Counted from the stretch's first letter, positions 1-10,432 are shown. The stretch: 37,268 bases of DNA from Candidatus Zapsychrus exili (GCA_030765585.1 JAVCCJ010000015.1:1-37268), one strand, 5' to 3'. The notes: generated by a model not told the origin, from the sequence alone. Made by a program: numbers and translations.

Positions 1-3000
1 GTTTCTAACATTTTGCGGTTTTGGGATAGTTTAGATAAACAAACTTCGTTTATTAAGAATGTTCATACTTTGTCCAGTCTTAAAACATTAATAATCAATG
101 CAACATCTTTTGAGAAAGGTCCTGGCGTACATATTTTTCAAGTTAATAAGGAAAATCCTTTTAATTTTGTTGAATCTTCTAAAGCCCTGTTTCCTATCAA
201 AGATCGAGCGATGGTAAGTTCTGATTTTACGCTAGATAAAGAAAGTCTTGTTATTGGTCCTGTTTATGATGGTAGTGAACAAGAAAGAAAACAATTAGTT
301 AAAGATAAAATAAGCTCTATATTAGGTAAACTTGAAAGTTTTGATGAAGCAGATTCAGGAGAGTCTTTATACATAAAGAAGCAAGGTATTAATTATGTAT
401 TAGATTTGTCAGATTATGATTTAGGTTTGTTTGATTTTAGAATCTTCGTACATGGCGAAAGTGATAGAGATATTGGATTTTGGGTGAAAGTAATTTATGA
501 AGTGTCGGGAAAAGAGCATTTTGTAAATTATTTCTCAACAAAATCAGAAAATAATTTTAGCAGTCAAATTATATGGGAAACACAGGGTTTAATTCAATTA
601 TTGAAAGGTAATGAATTTGAAGTTCATAATAATATTAAAACTGCCCAAGCGTTTGATAGAAATTTTTGGGATGATTGGGATTTAGAACATAAATCTTATC
701 AAAGGTATCAACAAGAAATTCACCCAACAGCTGTTAATACGGTTGTTAATATTGTTAAGACGAAATTTAATAATAAATATGTAAATATATTTGATATCTT
801 TTCGGCTGATGGAAGTTTTGTAGAGAAATTAAGAAATGAATTATCAGAAAATAAAAAAATTAGTTATTCTCTCCTAGATGGTAGCAAGCAAGCATCTTTG
901 AAAGCAAAGCAAAAATTTGAAGATAAAGACGATGTTAATGTCTTGTCCTCACGAGATATACTGTCACTTGAGAGATTTGATAGTTTATTTCAATATAGGC
1001 CACAAATAGTAATAGCTATAGGCGGTCTTACTATTAATCCTTTAGAATCTAAAGAAGACGCCATTAAAATAGTTGAGATGGTTTATGAGCTTCTTTCTTA
1101 TGAGGGGTATTTTGTGGTCTCTGGGTTAACGAGGACTTTTTTAAATTCCAATGATTATAAAGCGATAAGTTTCAATGTAATAAATAAAAGTATACCGCAA
1201 CATTTCTTTTGGTATCAAGGACAAGATCTGCATTTGAAAGAACTTTATATTTTACGAAAACCAAATGAAGAATCTACTCGGGTCATTAGAGACCAAGCAA
1301 TGATGGCTGCAAAAAAAGCAAGATGGGCTTATGGCAGCTACGCAAAAATAACCCCACTCAAGATTATTACTTTTTTAAGTGTATTATTATCTCCCACATT
1401 GTCTTTATCACAGGAAAACACTATGTTCGAATCTAGCTTAGGCATATCTTTAAGCGAAGAGCAAAAAAGTAAATTTTATCCAGATATGTTTTATGTTGGA
1501 CAGGATACTTTAGGACAAAGGTACTCGTTTAAGGAGTATTATCGAAAAATATTTGATCAGCTAGGCGCTGGTAGTATTAAGCACATACAAAGTAAAGATC
1601 AGTGGAATGAAATTATATCCCGCTATGGCAATTTGCCTGAATATTTAGATGGATTTCTTGCTGAAGACTTTATTGATGAAAAATTTGTCTCATCTGTTTT
1701 TATAAATGAAACGGAAGCCAAAGCAAGTGCGCCAGAGACCTCCGATAGCGTTATTTATGCCAGAGAATCTCTTAAGATGATGTACGTTTCGGTGTATCCT
1801 TCGTATTTCTAAAATGCTGATTACAAACAGATTAAAAAACATTTTATAGGGGACAATAGAAATACATCAAAAGAGCGACGTTTGTTCTTTAGGAAAATGA
1901 TTAAATCTTTAAAAGAGCATTATCAAAATCATCTTGCAGCAGATGAAATATATTTGAGAGAGGAATTTTATGCACGATATTATAGTTATTATATAAATGG
2001 ATTGCTTGAAGAAGCGCCAGATGAAAGTTTGGGTGAAGATGCCAATCCAAACAAAAAGATACTTAATATATTTAGAGAATTTCAGAGTAAATTAAGTTCA
2101 GAGACTAAAGAATTAATATTAGATCATTATAAGACTTTGGGCTTTATTGTTGATAAAGAATACGACCAAGATCAATCTTTGCGCTACATTTGGCTTAATC
2201 AAATAAAAGGGGAATTTTTCGAGAGGAATGAAAGATTCGATATTATAAGAGACAGAATAAAAAGTGCTAAAGATTCAGTTGAGTATACGCATCAGGATAT
2301 GCCGTTGTATCCTTCTATCAATTATTATGAGAATGTTTTAGAAAAAATAGGGCTTAATGGTTTTAAATATATAAATGATTCAATTGCGTGGGGAAAAATA
2401 CGCAAAGGCTCTTTTGCTTCTTTTGTTGAAGAAATATATTTTTCTAGTTGGGATACGATAATGCCCGTATCTCCGATATTCATAGAAACATTTAAAGGGC
2501 ATAAAAATTTAAAATATTTCTTAACATCCCATGAAACAGTTCACGCTGTTCATTCCTACGCATATTCTCAGGAAAACATAGCTAATATTCTTGATGATAT
2601 TTCAATATCTTTTGTAAGAAATAGTTCTGATAAAAAGCTAGCAAAAGACTTTTTATTAAGAATGACCGATGTTCTTGCTTCTGCATATAAACAGCCTTCG
2701 CAGTTTCAGGTAGGATCTGAACTCTTAGCGTATTATTATGCATTTTATATTACAAATTTTATGGGTAAGTCAATTGAGCAAAAAGAAGCAGAGATAAAAG
2801 AAAAAGGCAAAGATCCTGATAACAATCTTTTCTTTATTTTTTATAAGTTTGATCAAATGCTGGATCAAGAAACACGAGATATAATTCATAGGCATTTAAA
2901 AGAATCTGGTCTTATTGTTGATAAATTTTATTTTGATGAACAATCTGTAGGATCATCTTTACGCGAAGATGCCACCGTTTATTTTAAGTCACAAGACGAT

Positions 3001-6000
3001 AAAGCAATGTTAGCAGGTGAAGATTTTCATATAGTTGCAAACGAGATTTTAGATGAGTTAAATTATTTATCAAGACAAGAGACAGAAGATGACAAGTATG
3101 TTTTGGAATTCTCAGGCAAAGAGTATGCTTCAATAAGACATATGGATATGTCCTCTCCAGAATTTCTTTTACAATATAGGGCGCAATCTAATCCTTCAAT
3201 TGTAGTTTTTCCCCAGGTGCCAGTAAATAAAAGCTTTATTCCTGAGATCTTGTTAAATGAAGGTTATTACTATGAATCAGAAGAGCATAAAATAGGCGAA
3301 CAGCAACAATATAATTATTATATTACAAGAAGGTTTAGTGAGGAAGATCGTAATTTAACGGCTGATGAGGCTAGATTTGTTTTGGCAGTTGTCGCAGATG
3401 ATGCTGGGTATAGCGATGCAGCTATAAAAATAATGTTTGATTTAGAAAATAAGCAAGACATCGTTGCTGAAACAGTATTAAAATTTTATGAGATAATTAC
3501 TAGTTCTAATGGAAGATATAAGGCAGTTGCTGGGCACTTAAGAGAAGCGTTCCAAATTAATGGTAGGCAGTTTGTTTATAATAGATATTTTGGGGATAAC
3601 AAATATGGATTGATTTCTGAGCATTTATTATTTGCTGTTAAAAGACTTCATGTTTTAAGTGAAAATGAAATAAATATTGATGAAGCAATGATAACGAACA
3701 ATAAAGATCAAACAGTAGGTGATTTTGAAATAAAATATGAAACAGGATCTGAAATAGGACTTGAGAAAATAGGCGAGTGGCTTAGTCAAAGAAAAGATGT
3801 AATCGACAAGAAGCCTGTTGTTATTGTGCTAACTGGTAGGCCAGCAGGCGGAAAGTCAACGCTTGTTAAAGCAATTTCCAAGGCGTTTTTAAAATCTCAA
3901 GGCGTTGATTATGACCCTTGGCAGCATACTTTAAATAGAATAAATGGATTTGAAGCTTTACAGTCCGAGCTTGAAGAGAGAGGTATTTATTATCAAAATG
4001 AGAAATTTGCTGACGATCCTTATGACAATTGGCCGCCAAAGCCTAAATGTGACTGGACGACAGCTAAAGAAAAGCAAGGTCTACATATTTTTGAAGTTAT
4101 TAGCAATAAAATTCCTAGATGGCTTAGGAGAAGAAAAAATACGCTTTTGATAAAAATGGATTCACCTGATGATATTACTTGGGAGAGATTGATAAAAAGG
4201 CATCCAGATATGACTGCAGAACGACTTGAACTGTTTTTTAGTGTAATAAGCGTTTATGACTTCCCTATTTTTACTCCGAAAAAACCTAAAAATTTTATTG
4301 AAGTTGGTAACGAGAAGAATCAGAAACATGAAAAGCTTGTGCAGGCTTTTTTAAATGGTTTTTCAAAAGTAGATGATGAGGCAATGATAGCGGATGAAAA
4401 ACTAAAAATACCTTTTATTTTTAATTTAACTCCAGAACTTGCTGAAAAAGGCGCAGATATGTATTTGTCGAAAGCTAAGAAAGCCCTTGTAGACAATAAA
4501 ACAGAAAAAGCTAGAAAACACTATAAGAGAGCATACTCACTATATATAAAAGCCATTGACCTTGATTATACTTTTTCTATGTTTAGCGAAGATGAAGATA
4601 GAGTGCCTAGGCTTAATAGAAAAGCAGAAAGACTGAGGGATGAACTTCTAACATTTGGATTTGATGATTTATTAGCTGTTACTAAAGAAGAGTTTATATT
4701 CTCTAATTTTTATAAGAAACGAAAAGGGTCTGATGTAAGCAAAAGCAATCTAACTAAATTTGGGAATATTACAACAGCGAGTTTTATCGGGGAGCCTTTT
4801 TATTTTATTTCTCAGGCATTAAAAAGAGATTACAATCGTCAAAAGGCGAAAGTTATCGAGAAATGTTTTTCAGAGCTTAACAACAATACAATGCGCAGAG
4901 GATCTGGGGGTAGATTTAAGAGCGCAAGTTTTTATAAAGACAAAAAAGATAGATATTTTGTAGAAATTACTTTTGAACAATATGGGGTCGCTGAGCCTCG
5001 ATTTTGGGATATGATCAAGGGCAATGTTGAAAAATCAAGAGAGCATGAATCATTTAAATTGGCAGGTGAGGAGTATACAGATATAAGAAAAGAAGGAATA
5101 GATTTTGTAGGTAAAGGAAGAGGTTTTAGAAGTGTTGCTAATCTTGCGAAAAATACAAGAATAGCAATAGGGTATGAAAGAGGTGAATTAGGCAAAATAA
5201 CTACAACACTTTTTGTTGATTTAGAGCCATTTTTAAAGAAAGCTTCTGATAAAGCAATGATAGCAGATAAAATCGATAGTGTTTTTATTAAGAATGTAGA
5301 TAAGCTAGATTGGGTTGCCGCGAAAGAGGTAGAACGGAGAGAAATTGTTAGAAATATTGAAGACGAGTCTATTTTAGAAACTCAAAATCAAAAGAATTAT
5401 TTTGCTAATAATATAGATATAAGAGAAATGTTCTTAGAATTTTTAATGAACGAAAAGTATAAGGATTTTGATGTTCTTAAAGAGCATTTGTTAAGATGGC
5501 ACAAAACTTTGATAATGGGTAAAGATGGAAATAGTATCTACACTCCTAATATAATGTCAGAAGAGGAGGCTATAGAACAGGCTGGAAAATTTGATAAAAT
5601 TATTTCTATAGAGGCAATTGATAAGAAAGTTAAAAATATTCAGAAAGATATAATCTTTTTTATGGAGTTTGATCCAGGTAGCGCCTATCCTCTTGAAGTT
5701 GTTGAAGCTGTAAATAGGGTTTTTGAAAGTTTTCATAAAGATTTGTGGTTATTTAAGAATGGCAATAATTCTTTATATATGAATATAGTTAATGCAATGT
5801 TGCGTTTACATGGATTGAAAAGCATTAGTCATTATCAGCTTGACGCTGGAGTTAAAGGCTCTCCTACAACCAGAGGTTTAGGAGTGGCTGGTATTAAGTT
5901 AGATAAAAATGATCCAACTCGTAATTTGCAAGCTGCTGTATTTGAAGCAAACCCATATCTTATAAAGAGTTCTGATAGAAAATATTTAATTGAAGAAGCT

Positions 6001-8895
6001 AAAAAAGCAATGCCATCTGTTAACAGTAAAGAGAAGAATTGGACTCATTTTAATAAAATAATAGAAATTTTACGCAAAAGAAAAGATACGGAAGTAGCTG
6101 TAATCGGCGGAGTAGATTTTAGTGTTAGTGAAAACCCTCTAATTTACAGGATTGTTGATCAGGTGCATCCTTATGGATCATATGTAGATGCGCTGGAGTC
6201 TGATGGTTTTAAAGTGATTTTAGGTAGTGCAGAATCTGTATTTTTAAAGCATATATTTGATAATATTTTATATCAACACGTTAGGTCAAGCTTGGTGTTT
6301 GTAATAAAAGAGAGATATGCAAATTACAACAAGATAACTATTGTTGATAATGGAGAAGGGTTTAAGGATAAGAAGGATCAGTATGTTCTGATTTTAGACG
6401 CTATTAAGCGTGGAAATTCTTTTGGTGACGGCGGCGATCTTGGCACAGGCTTTACACAAGTATTTAACTCAGGAGTTGATTATATATCTATTACAGGCTC
6501 AAAAGAATGGGTAATACTTGAGGGTTCAAATAAGAATAATAGGGAGAATTTTATGCCGCTTGTGTCTGGTAAAGAAGCTGCTAAACATGGAACAGTTATA
6601 GAAGGATATTTTTTAAATAATAATTGGTCAATATTTAATAATATTTCTAAGCGTAGAATTAGAAAAACATTTTCAAAAGATAATATTTTATCTGTGGGGC
6701 AATCAAAGAAAACGTTCGAGGATTTATTGGGTTCTTCAAAAGATCAGGCGATGATAGCAGAAGGATATAATATATTTGATTATAGAAAATTTGTGGATGA
6801 TGGTTACACAGAATATGTAGCAGGAGGTAGTAGGCTCTTATTTACACTGCTTAGGAACAAATATGATAAATTGTCAGAGCTAGAAATTTATTCTATTAAT
6901 GTTATTGATTTAAATACAAGGCAAGCAATTGGTTATCTTGATTTTAGTATTAATACAGAAGAGTTAATAGCCGGGGCAGATTCAAATGCAAATCTTAATT
7001 GGATATCAGGTGATTATGGATTGCCTAATTATATAAAATATTATGGAGTTGGCATTAAGGATATGATGTCTATTCGGACAAAAGATAACGGCAAATCTCG
7101 TGCTGTTGGATTTTTTATTAAAGAAGAATATAGGAATAATCCAAAGGTAGAGGCTAGTGAGAATAAAAATATTTGGAATTTGGATAAATTGCTTATGGAA
7201 ATAGCTTTTTCTATTTCTAAAGACGAGGGAGTTAAAGAAGAATTTCGCATTCTTCCTACATCTAAGAAAATAGATTATTATAAAAATAATTATGGTGCTA
7301 CTGAAATGATAGGTAATGGAGCTTGGCATAAAATTATGTTGGAGGAAAATTCGAAATCTTTCGCTATAAGATTGGGCAAAAATATTGATGGAAAAGTTTC
7401 AAAGATGTTTGTAGAAAATAGTCCGTTAAGCAGAGGGGTTAAGCTTGTAAGAAATTTAGAGAATTTTAAAAGTTTTATTGCAGGAGTGGATGAGCAGCCT
7501 ACTTCATATAATGAATTTGAGTATCGAGAAGTTGTTGATTTTAGTCCGTTTTTATTTAGCGCAGATGTTGGGAAAATTATCAATGAAGCAATTGCTGAGA
7601 TTAATCGCAGATATCATAAATCTTATGATAGGAAATTTTATGGTAGAACATACGACAAAGTTTCATATTTAGGTAAAAAGAAGATAAGTAAATTAGAGAA
7701 TATTATTGAAAAATTAATGCCAGTTTATAAAGAATATAAGGTGCATGCTTCTGTCGAAAATAAAGGACAACTGTTTAATCAACTTCTTTTTACATTGCAC
7801 TTAGATAGTAAGAAAGAGCCTGAATATTATATTTTGCTTGAAACAAATAGAGATGATATATGGGAGGTTTCGTCAGGCCCGTGGGCTGACGAAGACATTA
7901 AAGGTGAGACAGTAGAAACAGCAGTTAAGGATTCTGATTTCGCGCTTATGGCGGATAGCGAGGAGGATATAGGGAACACTAGAACTTTAGACTACTGGCG
8001 AAATCATTCTGAAATTAATATTATAGAAGGAGGGAAAGAAGGTATCACTCCTGAGGAAGAAGAAATTGAGGCTTTACGTGTGGTTGATAAAAAAGGAAGT
8101 GTATATAAGAATGTGTACATTTCCAAGAAACATGCGCATCAGCGTGGATTTTGGCATCAGACAGCACATGTCTATGCATTTTATAAAGGAAAGTTGCTTA
8201 TTCATAAACGCAGTAATAAGAAGGATACATCAAAGAATAAGCTTCAAGTATCATTTGGCGGACATGTGGATTTTGAAGATAAAAGCTTAAAAGATGCCGC
8301 ACAAAGAGAAGGGTCTGAAGAGTCGGGGATAAAGCTAGACGAAAAACGTTTGATTCAAGTATCAGATATTAATGCTATTAGGAGAGAATATAAATTGGAA
8401 GATGGATTTAATCGTGAATTCTCTACCATTTTTATTTATGAATTAAATGATAGCGAGCTTAAAAGTTTAGAAAAAAATTACAATATAAATGAAATTGATG
8501 AATTTTGGTTATTGCCATTTAAAGTCTTTGAAGAAATGACAGATAAAACTCCAAATCTTTTTTCAAGAAGTTTAAATCATATTGTTCGCGAAGGTAGAGA
8601 TATTTATGAGACTATAAAACAAAAGGCTGTTCAATCTGACAATGCGCTTATGGCAGAAGAAGTAGGTGGTATTGACTTTAATACTTCAGAATTAGAGATA
8701 AAAGAGATGGGAGAGAAAATAGAATTTGATGTTAATATTGATATCAAAGCTCTAGAAAATGCAACAGGATTTGTACCTGTAATTATAAATATTACTCCAA
8801 TAACAAACCTTCCTATGTTTTTAGGTTTGAACAATAAAGAAAAACTTCCTAAGCAGGAATTGGCTTCTAAAGACATGGCCTACCTAAAACCTTAA
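1..8895 (+). CDS. Giant modular multidomain protein, 5'-truncated by the window, with one in-frame TAA at 1810-1812 (joins track ORFs 13..1812 and 1882..8895)
   Basis: Frame 1 is open from base 1. Both track ORFs are in frame 1, and 1813-1881 has no further stop (NADYKQIKKHFIGDNRNTSKERR). A duplicated domain spans the stop. Recognisable motifs: HETVH, GRPAGGKST, DNGEGF/GTGF, Nudix box, and repeated DxAM linkers. Confidence 0.8.
202..8655 (+). repeat. Dispersed in-frame linker motif D-x-A-[ML]-[IMLV]-[AST], 9 copies (starts 202, 1291, 2998, 3679, 4375, 5248, 6742, 7936, 8638)
   Basis: DRAMVS, DQAMMA, DKAMLA, DEAMIT, DEAMIA, DKAMIA, DQAMIA, DFALMA, DNALMA read directly from the translation. 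Spacing is 227-569 codons. Confidence 0.85.
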
Positions 8896-8952
8896 ATGGT
8901 TTGTTTTTAATAAATTGACTCATTATTGTTTTTATGATAAGTTTATCAATCT

Positions 8953-9642
8953 ATGATAATAAATAATATTATTAATATAAGAAAAGAGATAGCATCTGTC
9001 TGCGAGGCTTCTAGCAGAGACCCAAAAGATATTACACTTGTTGGCGTTACGAAGTATGTTGAGTTAAACAAGGTAAAAGAAGCCATTGAATATGGCATAG
9101 AACATATTGGAGAAAACAGGGTTCAGGATGCTAGGGAAAAATTTGAAGAATTAGATTCTTCAGGCTTTGAAGTTATTAAGCATATGATAGGACATCTTCA
9201 AACCAATAAAGTTAAGTCTGCAGTTGAGATATTTGATCTTATACAGTCTGTTGATAGTTTAAAATTAGCTTTAGAAATAGATAAATGTGCTCGTGCAGTA
9301 AACAGGCGAGTTGATATCTTAATTCAGATAAACATTTCTGGAGAAGAGCAAAAGTTTGGGACAGATAAAGAAGTTGGTCTTGAATTAATTGATCATATTT
9401 TGAAACTCGAGAATGTTAGAGTGTTAGGTCTTATGACTATGGCGCCTTTTACAGAAGATGTAGCAATAATTCGCAATTGTTTTAAGGGTTTAAGGCTTTT
9501 TAGGAATCAAATCAATCAGAAATTTCAAGGAAATAGAAATATTGAGATGAGATATCTTTCAATGGGAATGAGTTCAGATTTTAAAATAGCCATTGAAGAA
9601 GGAGCAAATATGATACGAATTGGAGGGGCATTATTTCAATGA
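8953..9642 (+). CDS. yggS: PLP homeostasis protein YggS/PROSC family
   Basis: LVGVTK, GENRVQD, HMIGHLQTNK, LSMGMSSDF and IRIGG motifs; adjacent to proC. Confidence 0.95.
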   Translation: MIINNIINIRKEIASVCEASSRDPKDITLVGVTKYVELNKVKEAIEYGIEHIGENRVQDAREKFEELDSSGFEVIKHMIGHLQTNKVKSAVEIFDLIQSVDSLKLALEIDKCARAVNRRVDILIQINISGEEQKFGTDKEVGLELIDHILKLENVRVLGLMTMAPFTEDVAIIRNCFKGLRLFRNQINQKFQGNRNIEMRYLSMGMSSDFKIAIEEGANMIRIGGALFQ

Positions 9643-10424
9643 AAATAAATATAGCTTTTATAGGTGCTGGAAATATGGGAGAGGCGATTCTCTCCAAGGT
9701 TGTTAAAGATTTTCGTGTGTCTGTTTTTGAGAAAGATAAGCAAAGATTGCGATTTCTAAAAAGAAGGTATCCGGTCAAAGTTCCTGATTTAAAAATAACA
9801 GTTATGGAAGCGGATATTATTATCTTAGCTGTTAAGCCGCAGAATTTTAATGAGGTATTAAAAAATATAAAAGAATACATAACAAAAGATAAATTGGTTA
9901 TTTCAATAGCAGCTGGTGTTACAGCTAAGTTTATCGAACAAAGATTAGGCAATGCAAGAGTTGTTCGTACAATGCCTAATTTGCCTGCAAAGGTGGGTGA
10001 GGCGATTACAGCTATATCTAAGGGCAAATTCGCAAAAGTTTCAGATGTAAAGATTGCGACCAAGATATTTAATTTAATTGGGAAGACAATTGTCGTTGAT
10101 GAGAAGTGGATTGATTCTGTAACTGCTGTATCTGGCTCAGGACCTGCGTATGTATTTTTATTTGTTGAATGGCTAATATCTTCCGCAAAATCTTTAGGTT
10201 TTAAAGAAAATCAGGCAAGGGACTTAGCTTATCAAACTTTAAAAGGAAGCGTAAAGCTTTTAGATGAAACAAAAGAAAAGCCAGAAGTGTTACGAAAGAA
10301 AGTAACATCAAAGGGAGGCACAACAGAGGCTGCTCTTCGCATATTATTTAAAGCGAAAATAAATAAGACATTTGAAAAAGCTATAAAAAAGGCAAAATCA
10401 AGAGCAAAAGAATTATCAATGTAG
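9639..10424 (+). CDS. proC: Pyrroline-5-carboxylate reductase
   Basis: FIGAGNMG, LAVKPQ, RTMPN, SGSGPAY, VTSKGGTT. Confidence 0.96.
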   Translation: MKINIAFIGAGNMGEAILSKVVKDFRVSVFEKDKQRLRFLKRRYPVKVPDLKITVMEADIIILAVKPQNFNEVLKNIKEYITKDKLVISIAAGVTAKFIEQRLGNARVVRTMPNLPAKVGEAITAISKGKFAKVSDVKIATKIFNLIGKTIVVDEKWIDSVTAVSGSGPAYVFLFVEWLISSAKSLGFKENQARDLAYQTLKGSVKLLDETKEKPEVLRKKVTSKGGTTEAALRILFKAKINKTFEKAIKKAKSRAKELSM

Positions 10425-10432
10425 GAGGAACA

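Noticed and set aside
6001..6012. KKAM as a tenth linker copy between the Fic-like and GHKL domains
   Set aside because: The position is suggestive, but it lacks the invariant Asp and the following hydrophobic residue, so it was not counted.
202..8655. CRISPR array or integron attC sites as an explanation for the dispersed repeats
   Set aside because: The repeats are about 15-18 nt, degenerate, in frame and 0.7-1.7 kb apart. They have no attC-like palindromic structure, and no cas or integrase gene is present.
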